The notes beneath the pieces are model-generated. The model had not been told where the DNA came from. It saw only the letters and a list, made by a program, of their open reading frames with translations, and searched no databases. The translations under genes were made by a program, and so were the position numbers. A stretch of 64,000 nucleotides of DNA from Hypanus sabinus (Eukaryota), in contig NC_082714.1 of the NCBI RefSeq assembly GCF_030144855.1, positions 93,186,001-93,250,000 on the forward strand, read 5' to 3'. Shown here piece by piece: positions 25,085 to 35,965 of the stretch. Every line of letters starts with the position of its first letter. Positions within the stretch are counted from its first letter, which is position 1.

Positions 25085-26888
25085 GTATCGTAGAAACTAG
25101 CGATTCCCATCAGCTTAATGACGCGAGGCCATTTGGCCCTTTGTGTTTATGCTTCGTATCGAGTTAAATCCCGCTCTCCAGCGCTGTCTCCGTGGTTTAC
25201 CGTCTCTACTGCCGCATTCACACATTGCGGTAATGTGAGCAGTGCTTCTCCCCCCTCACCACCGATCATGGAAATTTTCACCTCTCCCCAAGTGAAACTC
25301 TTTCCCTCATTCTCTATATCATCACTGAAAACTAACTTTTAATGGGCATATCTTGGTTTGGCCACACTGCTCAGGGAAATGGTCAGAATCGGAATCAGAT
25401 TTATTATCATTGACTTTTTATTCACAATAATTTATTTTTGTTTCTTGATACTACAAAGTACATTTATTATCAAAGTAAGTACAGGTCATGACATATCGCA
25501 TTCAGTTCACGGACATTCACAGTCGAATTACAGCAGAATTTGTGAAAAAGATATGAATAACGAAGACTGATCAGATCATTTTCTATGACATTCCCTCAGG
25601 CTCTTACAGTCCTTAATCTCGTGCTTGTTATGGGCCGAGTCAGGACTTGAGACACACTGTCCCCGATTTCTGACCTTTGTATCTCCTTTAGCCTTGCCGC
25701 ATAGTAAGGGAAATCATACTTGCTTTGACTCTTTGTTGCCACATAGTTACCAGCAACGCCTTCCTAACTGTGAGGCAGCGGGAATATCTGGTGGAATGTC
25801 TCATGATCATGCGGAAACGTGCACACTTCACAGAGGGAACATTCTAGAGCTTGATCGAAATCGTGGCCTCAGAGTAACGAGCTACCTTTACAATAGGATA
25901 GAGCGAACATATCCGAGACAGAGCGACACACAGCGAATGAAGTTGGCCAGGAAGCGAAGGGTAAACAGTGACTACCCTCCCCAATCTTGAAAGAAGTGTT
26001 GCAGAAAGGATTGTTAATGATATTGGTATTAACCCAGTGTCAGTCTAGAGCAGAAGTGGAAGAACCTGTAAATGCCACCCTGGAGCCCAAGTACCAGTAT
26101 GGGGTTACTGCCCCGAAAGGCCAGTTCCTGTGACGAGTAGAGAGCCATTTGGATAGACTGTTGTAGAGATCTAAGGTCAGTATTTTCAGGAGGAATCAGA
26201 GATCAGAGCATAACACCACAAGACGTTGTATTATTCAGCTCATCGAGTCTCCTCCGCTATTCCATCTTCGCGGCTTCACTATCGCCCTCAAACCTATTCT
26301 CCTGCCTTTTCCCGAAACCTCTGACATTCTTGCTAATTGAGAAAGCATCAACCTCTCCTTTAAGAGTATCAATTGTGAACTCAGCTAGCTCCATCATGGC
26401 CTACAGAATCCTCGGTAACCTGGACATTTACAAACAATCATGCTTCAAAAATGGGGCATCAATCATTATGGGCCCCATCACCCAGGACATGCCCTCTACG
26501 CATTGCTTCTCTCAAGATGGAACTATAAGAGTCTCAAAGTTTTAGGTTCAGCTTATTCCCCTTCGCCATCAGATATCTGAATGGTTAATTAACCCATGAA
26601 CACTACCTCATTATTTCCCTCTTTGTTTGCACTACTTACTTAATTTGCAGACACACTGAGACAGACGGACACATACATATACTTCCTATTGTAATTTATA
26701 GTTTTGATTATTGCACATTGCGATATACTGCTGCAGCAACACAGCAAGTCTCACGACAAATGCCTGTTTCTGATTCTGATCATACTTTGAATTTATGTAC
26801 AATCTGTTAAGTAATTAGGACACACAGGCCAACAAATGCAGATTGGAACCAATTATATTTAATTGAATGTCGATTCTATGTCCTTCAG

Positions 26889-27008
26889 ACAGCCTGCAGC
26901 TCCAGCTCTGTCATGTGCTTTCAATTGGCCTGGCGGCGACCCTCGTGTTCCTTGCTGTAGGGGCGAACACTGTGGCCATCAGGAAATATCGGGATAAACG
27001 CAAACCAG
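26889..27008 (+). pseudogene. Unit A transmembrane exon
   Basis: TCCTTCAG|, DSLQLQLCHVLSIGLAATLVFLAVGANTVAIRKYRDKRKP+G|GTAACG; 120 nt, phase 1 to 1; hydrophobic stretch then basic stop-transfer residues. Confidence 0.75.
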
Positions 27009-27109
27009 GTAACGTGTTGGCCTTAACCCAATCATGTCCTGAACTTCTCGCCAAACGGTGAATAATCGCTTTGAAGAAAAGCTCACTTTTAAACATTTCT
27101 TTCAATCAG

Positions 27110-27168
27110 TAAAAGGAGAAACGGCAGGCAAAAGCACCACCACCCGGCGAAAGGATGGAGAACCTGAT
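27110..27168 (+). pseudogene. Unit A first cytoplasmic exon
   Basis: TTTCTTTCAATCAG|, VKGETAGKSTTTRRKDGEPD|GTAAGT; 59 nt, phase 1 to 0, after a 101-nt intron. Confidence 0.65.
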
Positions 27169-27184
27169 GTAAGTGCACACAATT

Positions 27185-27500
27185 TCAAGTACCCCCGTAA
27201 ACCTGCTCGTTAATGCGATACCCTGGCGTTTGCTGGCACACCATTCTCTAGCGCTTACTGAGGGTGGTTTAAAAAAAAACAGTGGCAGTAATGTGGACGA
27301 AACCGACTTGTTAATCAGGGAGGCTAGAGGAAACTGGGCAGACTGGTTCAAGCTGAAAGGAAGGAACGTAACTTAAATCATCACGTCTTATGACAATAGT
27401 GTCAGAAGAGAATCTCTGAGCACACAGTGCGTCGAACCTTGAAGTGAATGAGCTACAACAGCAGAGTACCACACTGGGTTCCACTCCTGTACCCAATAAT
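27185..27500 (+). mobile_element. Tc1/mariner-like transposon fragment
   Basis: ISEHTVRRTLK*MSYNSRVPHWVPLL resembles the Tc1 transposase HTH region (SxxTVRRxLxxxGYxSRRP). Confidence 0.7.
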
Positions 27501-27751
27501 GCCATTTACAAGTAGCTAATTTCTTTGCCTGTAGAATAGCACACCACGGGAATGGTACTTCAACCTACGATGTTCTATTGAGCTAATTGAATTAGAAATC
27601 AATTACCTAACTACACTACTGACTTCCGCTTGAAGACTGTCCATATTCTTCAATTTCCGGCACATCTATATGCATATCGTAAAGTCCGCAGACACGAGGA
27701 AATCTGCAGATGCCATCCACTTTCAAATCTCTTATTATCTTTCCTTTCAGT

Positions 27752-27790
27752 TAGTCCTGATGAAGGGTCTCGGCCCGAAACGTCTACAGT
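27752..27790 (+). ncRNA. Minimal type-I hammerhead-ribozyme-like motif inside a Penelope-type repeat
   Basis: CTGATGA(27757-27763)-A-GGG-TCTCGG-CCC-GAAA-CG-TC. Core and stem II present; stem I partly mismatched. Confidence 0.55.
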
Positions 27791-27859
27791 GCTTCTCCCT
27801 ATAGATGCTGCCTGGCCTGCTGCGTTCCAGCAGCATTTTGTGCGTGTTGTGTAAAGTCT

Positions 27860-29800
27860 GCAGAACCGCTCTATCGCATTTTCCTCCACCAACACCTTGG
27901 GCAGCGAATTCCAGGCTCCTCCCACTCTCTGTGTTAAAAAATGGACCCGCACATCTCCTTTGAACTTACCCCAGTTTACCTTAAACGCATGCCTCGTTCC
28001 AACAATGTGTAAAAGCACAAGTCAAAGGTAAACAATATAATGCCAATGACACTTCATCCGTGCTGAGACATGGGTGGTGGCAGGGAGTTTAGTAGTCTCA
28101 AGGCCTGTGGGATGAAGCTGTTTCCTACCCTAAAAGTTCTTGTTTCAATACTCCGGTACCTCCTTCCTGATGGTAGGGGATAAGAAAGATTGTTGGAGGA
28201 ATGGGAGGGATTATTGACAATGTAAGAATTCGTATGCAGGACCAACCTTTCCTTATAGCAGATGCTCTCCATTTTAGACAGTATTCCAACAAACCTCTTC
28301 TGCACTTCTTCCAAAGCTTCAACATCCTTCTTATAATGGAGCCGACCAAAATTGAATTCAGAGATATATGAACTCAACTCCAAAATCCCTGTCTATGTCA
28401 CTGGCGTTAAGGGTCTTGTCATTAATAGTGTACCATGCCTTTATAATGCAACATTTCTCACTTGGTGGGATTAAAATCCGTCATTCGCCCGTATCTGCAA
28501 TTGATCTGTATCCTTTGGTCGCCTTCTACACTGTGCACAACTTTGGTATCAACTGCAAATTTACTAATCCACCTATTTACATTTTCATCCGGGTCATTTA
28601 TATATATCACATATATATCACGTATGGCAGAGGCCTCAGTACAGATCCTTGCGGGACTCAGCCCTCCAGCTAGAATAAGTCCATTTGCCCGGTACCCTCT
28701 GTCTTCAATGGGCAAACCTGTTATGAATCCAAACGGGAAATTCACCATAGAACCCATGCATTTTAAGCTTCGATTGAGCCTCCTATATGGAACCTTGTCA
28801 AACGCCTTACTATAATCCATGTAGTCAACATCCATCGGTCTGTCTAAAAGACATCACCATCGAAACTTCATCAAAAATTTTGATCAAATTAGGAAGACAC
28901 GACTTGCCCAGCACAAAGAGAGGTTTTCCAATCTGATAAATCCAATCGTTAAGAATTATTTCCACTACATCCCTAGCACTGACGGGAGACTCACCGGTCT
29001 AAGATTCTCAAGATTATCCCTATTCAAAAATAATGGGACATTAGCTACTTACTAGCTCTAAGAAACCTCGCCTGTGGCTAGAGAGGCCACTGAGATATTG
29101 GTGAAGCCTCCAGCAATCTCATCTGTGCCGCTCTCAATAATCCGGAGTATATCCTATCAAAACATCCATTAATGTTCTTTAAGAGACCTCGTTCTGCCTC
29201 ATTCTTTATCTCATAATGCAGGAGCATATTTGTCCCCTCCACACTGATCTTGCCACCTTCCACATATTTGTCCTTGGTAAATACTGATGTTAAGCACTCA
29301 ACCACATTCTTCACATCTATGCACATGTTCCCTCATTTATCATTCAGTTGTCCTACCCGCTGCTAATTATCATCGTGCTCTTGATGTATGAATAGAATGT
29401 CCTGGGATCCTCTTTAATCCAACTTGCCAATGACTTTTCATGGTCCTTTCTGGCCTTCTTAACTGCTTCGAGTTAGTTTCTAGCTTCTTTATAACACTTA
29501 AGAGCTCTGATAGATTTTTTTTTAGCTTTGCAATCATTTTATTTTTTTTTTACAAAAAGATTCCCTTTCCTTCTGGACCGGATATGCTGTCTGTCTCGAT
29601 ACTTGCGCCAAATCAGCTGTTCCCAACTGACGCTGTCCAGTTTCTGTCTAATATTCACGAATTTACCATGTTCGAATGTAATGGTCTTTATAATATTCTT
29701 ACTTACGGCTATCTGAAAAACTATGGAGTTGTGATCACTGTTCCTAAATGTTTCCCCAGTGAAAAGTCAGTCGCTTGGCCAGGCTCCTTATCAAACTCCA
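27860..29800 (-). mobile_element. Decayed CR1 ORF2 (with a short Rex1-like insert near 28020-28200)
   Basis: MDVDYMDYSKAFDKVP, WISKFAVDTK and KKDVEALEEVQKRF motifs. Confidence 0.8.
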
Positions 29801-31429
29801 GTTCAATTTTGCCCCATCTTCTTGTTGGAACATCTGCAGCTGGATATAGAAACTATTTAGGATTCAGCAAACAAATGGTGCACTGTATAAATCTCTTGCT
29901 TTAAGAAGATCCCACTCTGTTAGGAAAGTTGAAGTCACTCACAACAACCCTGTGGTTTTTATACCTTAGTGTAGGGTTCATTGTTCTAAAATACATTCCA
30001 GATACGACAATAGACAGAACCTAACACCAAACTATGAGTTCATGTGACCCGTAGCTGGTCCCTCCCGGTCGGCGGGGTGTCTTTAAACGAGGAGCGGTCG
30101 GGTGTCCAGCTCCGCAGCAGCGAACATTGAAAATGTTGGCGTTAGTCCGCAACAACAGAGTGCAGAACTCTTGAGAAGTCGTGGAGTTGCGGAAGAAGAG
30201 AAAGAATACAACATAGAATGGAATTGGAGAGGGAATTTGATGAGATTTCAGTTGCAGGGAAACAGCTTAACAGAGTTACAGATCAGCGAGGAAATAGAGG
30301 TTGGAGTGTGTTGCATTGACAAAGGGGTTTAGGATTTGGACGAATTACACAGATCGAAAACAGTTCAATGGTTAGATGGGTTACACAGATAGACGGTTTC
30401 GGGGCTGGAGGGGGTGACACGGAGTGGTATACCGGCGGGAGGGGTTCCGCAAATAGGCTGCTGTGTAAGTGTTTAAGCAGTGCAGAGATTGAAGGGATTT
30501 AGATATCGTAGATAGGGAAGGACATTGGTGCTGGTGGCGTTAGATGGGAAGTGAGACAGGGAAGATGCAAGGTCGAAAGATCCTATGTTTATGGGACAAC
30601 AGATGGCCCATGGGCTGTAGGATATTATGGACGTATTAGGTCCAGGACTGGACAAGGTTGCACAGAACATGGACTGAAGAATAATATTTAAATCGGAAGG
30701 ACATCACAGGGGCAGGTTCAGGGATTGGACGAGAGGGTCCTGCGTTTTGTTGTTGGTTGGCTGTAATCAGGGAAATTAAAGGTAAATGAAACTCTTTACT
30801 CAATAATATCACATTCCTTTGATTTGGAATTACGCATGACGCATGATTAAGTTTCCTCATACACACAACCTGGCGAGGAATGGTGCAGGGTGGGGATTGA
30901 TACGTTAACCAATCTCATACGATTCCCTTACAGATCTACGCCCAGCTGGCGATTCATACTAACTGATCTGGAAAGGCAGAGTGAATACTATCCTCCGTGA
31001 ACAACGACAGATTTAGTCCTTGTTTCGTATGTGCGGAGCAAGAACAGCCATGGAGTAGTATGATTAAATGTTTTTGAAGTGTTAGTAACGGCACGAACTG
31101 AGCCACTTACAGTGCGGGAGAGACAAACCGGACCCGCCGAGACAAAAACGTGCACTCTCGAAAGAAAGTTCACGCGCAGAAGGCCCAATTGATTCACTGC
31201 GCCATCGATCGGCCGCATGAGCACTTGTCATATTCCCGGATCTCTCCATCCAAAGCCTCACTTTGAGCTCCCTCAGTCTCAGACCAATCGGTAATAATGA
31301 ATATCAGTTAATCTGTAATACCATCCCTGATTATGTACAGTTTGCTTCGATTAAAACTGACCCTTGTCTTAAATACTGCTTCAATAAATTATAATTTGGC
31401 ACGAAATGTAGATGTTTTCTTGGTCATTT

Positions 31430-33800
31430 AAACGTCGAATTGGTGGTGAGCCGCTAGTATGTGATCGTTCAAAGGTTGATTGCGTAATCTCCGCTGGAGC
31501 CAGGGAGCCGGAATTATCACTCCAGATCGTGAGACGTTCAGATTCAGATTCAGTTTATTGTCCTTTAAAAACCACACATGCAATGCAGTTAAAAATGAGA
31601 CAACGTTCCTCCAAAATGATATCACAAAAACACATGACAAAACAGACTACACCAGAAAATCCATATAACGTTTGGCAATCCCCAATCCAGAGTCCGGAGA
31701 GGCTGCTGCGTATTAATATCGCGCTACCAAGTTTGCGCGTTCTCCAAACAAACCAGACAAACCAGACAAACCAGACCAAGAACTAAAGCTACAAGACCTG
31801 CACAAAACCACTTATGCACAACATATAGTTACAACAGCGCAAAGAATAGCATAATCGATAAAGAAACAGACCATGGACACAGTAAAAATAGTCCAAAGAT
31901 GTTAAAAGACTATAAGTTGGAAAGAAACCACCACACAGTTTCCAAAAGTCCTCAGGGTCCCCGATTGAATCGTCATCCTACGCCCGCTATGGACTCCACG
32001 GCGTCGCCCGACTCAGCGTCGCAGAAGCAGCACACACTGAAAGCGACCTGACCGCAGCAGACTCCGAGTCCATCGAACCTCCGAGCCTCTGACCATTTCC
32101 TCCAGCCCAGCTTCTCCGGGCACCATCCTCTGCCGAGCGTATTAAGACGACCCCGCCAACGGCCTTGGCAACGCGACCCCGAGAACTTGGGGCCTGTTCT
32201 TCCCAGCAGAGACCCGGACCTCACAGCAGCAGCAGCAACGAAGAAGGTCTTCTTGGAGATTTTCAGATGTCCCTCCGTGCTCCCACGTCTATCTTTCATC
32301 CAATTATGATTGTGCACGGCACCCCGCTTCACAAATATCAGATAATCAGCTCTGGAGTGGCCGCTGCAAGCTGCGTCGCGCTGCCGTCTTGGATGAGACC
32401 CACTGAAGGTACAGAAAGAAATTCTTACTCACAGGAGGTCAAGAAGATTAGAGAGTTAAATGCGTGGCTCAAGTATTGGCGTGGGAGAAGTAGGTTTGAA
32501 TTCATGGGAAATTGGCACCACTATTCGGGACGGAATCTGACAGGCTCCACGTGAACCGTGATGGGACCTAAATCCGAGCGAAACGCATAACAAGGGTTGT
32601 GGATAGGGCTTTAAACAAATAGTAGGGGGTGGGTTCAACAGATTGGAGAAGTATGGACAAAGTAAAAAGGACGATTTGGATATAGAAAAAGCAAAAAAAG
32701 AAAAGAGAAAAGTAGTAGTGGAGTGAAGAAAACTCGAGTGGAAAAGAGTAAAAGAATAAAAGATTTTAAAAGCACAATGAGTGTAGACACTGTATTTGAA
32801 TGCCGATAGTATTCGTAAGAAAATCAGTAAACTTGTAGTCCAAATTAGTACAAAGCGGTCTGATTTAGTGGCCATCACAGAAACGTAGTTGCAAACTGGA
32901 GAAGTTTGGGGATTAAATATCCAGGGATATCAGGTAATACAGAGTGATTGGCAGGAAGATAAGAGAGGTGGGATAGCTTTCTTAATTAGAGATGAGATCA
33001 GGGTGATAGACGATATAAGATCTAAAAAGCAGAATGTTGAATCTATCTGGGCAGCGATTCGGAACAGCAGTGGAAAAAAGTCTCTAGTGGGAGTATGCCC
33101 ATAGGCCGCTGAATAATAACATTACGGTGGGACAGGCAATAAGCAAAGAAATATCTGAGGCGTGTAAGAATGGAACCACAGTTATCATGGGGGACTTTTA
33201 ACCTGCACATAGATTGGGTGAAATAAGCTGCTGGACGGTTTCTTGAGGAGAAATTCGTAAAGTGACACGTGACAGCTTTCTTGAACAGCATGTTACCGAA
33301 CCTACAAGGTAAAGTCCGATCTTACATCTGGTTCTGTACAACGAGACAGGTAAAACTAGTGATCCAGTAGTTAAGGATCCTCTTGGAAAGACTGATCACA
33401 ATATGATTAATTTTCTCATAGAAAGGGAGAGTGTAATAGTTTTATCTACAACCAGAGTATTATGCCTAAACAATGGAGACTAAAATGGGATGATGGAGAA
33501 TTTGGTTAGTGTAGACGGTTGAGGAACAGTGGAAGATTTTCAAAGAAAGTTTTCACTGTACTCTACAAACGTATATTCCAGTTAAAGGCAAGGACAGTAG
33601 AGGTGGGGAAAGCCTTGGATAAGAAAGAAAATAGAAAAAGTCATCAGGCTAAAAATTCGTGTGTACAACGTTGCCTAGAGTAGTGGGAAACATGAAGTTA
33701 GGGAAAACTTTAACTTCAGGGAAAACATCAAAGAACCACGAAGCGAGCAATAAAGAAAGGGAAGCTAGACAATTTGATGATGAGCGGTTGCATATAAAAC
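31430..33800 (+). mobile_element. Decayed CR1 (ORF1 end and endonuclease), interrupted at 31536-32391
   Basis: KIRELNAWLKYW...FEFMGNWH (ORF1) and GYQVIQSDWQEDKRGGIAFLIRD...ESIW (endonuclease). Confidence 0.75.
31536..32391 (-). mobile_element. Non-autonomous LINE-derived repeat (about 850 bp) with (CTGAAT)n tail
   Basis: TTCAGATTCAGATTCAGTTTATTG at the left end is the reverse complement of AATAAA plus a CTGAAT tail. GC-rich 5' end at the right; TGAGAC on both flanks. Family not assigned. Confidence 0.6.
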
Positions 33801-35357
33801 ATATTGGGAGGCAAGTTTCAGTATTTGACCATGCTACGACATTTGATCTTCTAATGACCGTTTGATTTTATATTGTTTCACACCACACAACAACTTAACT
33901 GGGTTATCGAAGGAATAGCTGACGCCTTGGTTGTGGAGAATAAAAACGCCCTTTCTGAATCTGGCCTCTGTAGACTCTAAATCTATCGGCATTGTTTCAG
34001 GCTGAACTGAAAAAAAAACAGGGCAAATTAAATTGATTTATAAATTCTCAATTTAAACGTCACAATTTCTGTTTGTCATCGAGAGGCAAAAGAAACAAAT
34101 TTTCTTGGAATCGACAGAGAACTATAAATCTATGAACAAGGATCTCTCATCTCTAAGATTAGCACAAAGGAATGCTGTTGGTGAGATTTGCAAAAAGGAA
34201 GTGTTAAATTTCTGAGACTACATAATTAAAGGTATCAAAGGTTACAGAGATACATTTAATGTTAAAAATATATAAAATACAGATGCGGAAACTCTTTGTC
34301 TTCTAGGATGGTTACGGATATCGTTGACCTACTAAATTCTGTATATATTCTCTCAGATTCAATGACTGTAAATCCCCATCATTTAAGGAATGCGGCAAAA
34401 GAAATTAGTATACAAAGTTTAGTCACCCGAACATAATGGCAAAGAGGTGGTAACTGGGGAAAAAAAAGAACTGGATTTGATAGAGTTATGGATTTGCCAG
34501 AATGTAACATATTTGGCAAATCTATATTTTGATTTTGTAGTTTGCAGAAGAGGTAAAGGCGAAACAGTTAACGTGTTTACTTTATGAAAACAGTTGATAA
34601 GCTGTCACACAGAATTATTAAAGTTAATGTGATGTATTTGGAATTGACTGAAGATTGATGAGCAGAAATAGCTTATTTTAACATAAGGTGACGAGTATAT
34701 AAGCGAATTTCCAAGGTATAATAAAATGTAGCGCGGAAAATTGTAATAACATGCACATCAGTCAACACGAGATAAAGAAATTTTAAGTGAACAAAGACTG
34801 AAATATTTTGTTTTCACGGGTGACAAGGAGTTAATTGTACACAAATCACTGACAGTTAATGTGTAGGTACAAGGAGCAATTAGGCGGCAAACAACCTGCC
34901 GATTTTTGATACGGGAAATGATTACAAGGTTAAAGTTAGGACTAAGGACTGACAGAGTTTTTGCAGGGTCAGTGATTCTCTTGGATAGTGGTACCTAGAA
35001 TGAGGGCAATGCTTTAAAAATAGAGTTGCTCCTTCAGAATTGAGGTGAGAGGTAATTTCTTCAATCATGATAAATCTCCAGAATGTTCTTCGCGGATGGC
35101 ATTCAAATCTTTGCATCTGTTCAAATTTAAGACCGGGCTGGATCGATTTTTAGATAATAAGTGTTACAGAGTAAGTGCTCTGCAGGGTGACAAGTAAAGT
35201 ACAGGGGCCACGCGGGTGAGAGAAGCAAATAAATGTCACTTAACACCACCTGTTTCTTGCCTGCGGTTTAAGCAACCTGGACCGCACAACGCTTTCCACG
35301 GGTGCTCATGTATCACATAGCGACCTTTGCAGTTAGACGCAATCACTGACCTTGAAA

Positions 35358-35372
35358 GCGTAAACAGGAAAC
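35358..35372 (+). promoter_or_regulatory. Second copy of the Forkhead-ETS-like 15-mer, upstream of the unit C leader
   Basis: GCGTAAACAGGAAAC, identical to 20836-20850; 161 nt before the leader-like exon. Confidence 0.45.
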
Positions 35373-35518
35373 ATGCAGCGCGAGATGATGAGGCTCGGTA
35401 ACTTCCACATACATATTTTTAAATGCTGGACACAATTTCGGCAGCCGACCTGTATTTCGCTTTCCTTCCGAACCCACCGATATCTGGGCAATCACTCGGT
35501 GCATAATTCACAACGACA

Positions 35519-35561
35519 GTGAGTTTTTCAACAGTCTGCGTCCTGATATATCTCCTTCCAG
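35519..35561 (+). pseudogene. Unit C leader-like exon, start codon reads GTG
   Basis: (V)SFSTVCVLIYLLP+G|GTTAGT; 43 nt, phase 1, same length as the unit A leader. Confidence 0.5.
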
Positions 35562-35630
35562 GTTAGTCTTCGCTTCTTTGAATTTGAGAAGCATTTCTAG
35601 CTCCGGATCATTGAAGTGATTGTTTTAGGA

Positions 35631-35710
35631 CAGGTGTTCCAAATCTTTTTTATGCCATGAACCTCCGCCATAACCAAAGGGTCCGTGGACCCCATGTTGG
35701 GAAGGTTCTG
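35631..35710. mobile_element. Short MITE-like element (hAT-like ends)
   Basis: CAGGTGTTCCAAAT...ATGTTGGGAAGGTTCTG imperfect terminal inverted repeats; no clear TSD. Confidence 0.4.
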
Positions 35711-35965
35711 CCTTGGGGGAAATATTGGTTCATGTGGAATTGTTCCGGGATAATCAAAGTGCACTTTGTTGCAGCATTATCACAGCTTCGTGCCGGATCT
35801 TAAAATGACTCTCCTGATACATATAACACATCTCAAATTGAATTTTTGGAACAAGGACAGATGATTTACTTGTCCTTCTTAGCTCAGTTATCAATCACTG
35901 AAGATGACTGAAATATTATTGGAGATTATTGTATTTCCGCCCCATCCAAGGACTATCTGTCTAAT

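Larger units (their letters stand above)
21019..27168 (+). pseudogene. Non-rearranging V-C1-TM receptor unit A (decayed)
   Basis: Leader 21019-21061, V remnant 21766-21974, C1 about 24788-25084, TM 26889-27008, cytoplasmic exon 27110-27168. C1 is clearly homologous to gene B (W-N-I-S-G, YSVRS, W-R-S-G-x-V-C-T-C). Confidence 0.72.

Noticed and set aside
27406-27443. 38-nt exon that would connect the unit A tail in frame to STYDVL
   Set aside because: The sequence is part of a Tc1 transposase fragment (ISEHTVRRTLK); the phase fit is coincidental.
31340-31540. V-domain-like words (SINYN, W.FKRRIGGEP, C-x6-C, LSLQIVRRSDSDSVYC)
   Set aside because: SDSDSVYC is the (GATTCA)n tail of an inserted repeat. 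Removing the insert at the TGAGAC duplication joins the segment to CR1 ORF1 (AGAR resembles PGAR; KIRELNAWLK), so it is esterase ORF1, not Ig.
35883-35965. LSITEDD*NIIGDYC as a V remnant of unit C
   Set aside because: In-frame stop, wrong motif spacing, and the sequence rejoined across the CR1 insertion looks intronic.
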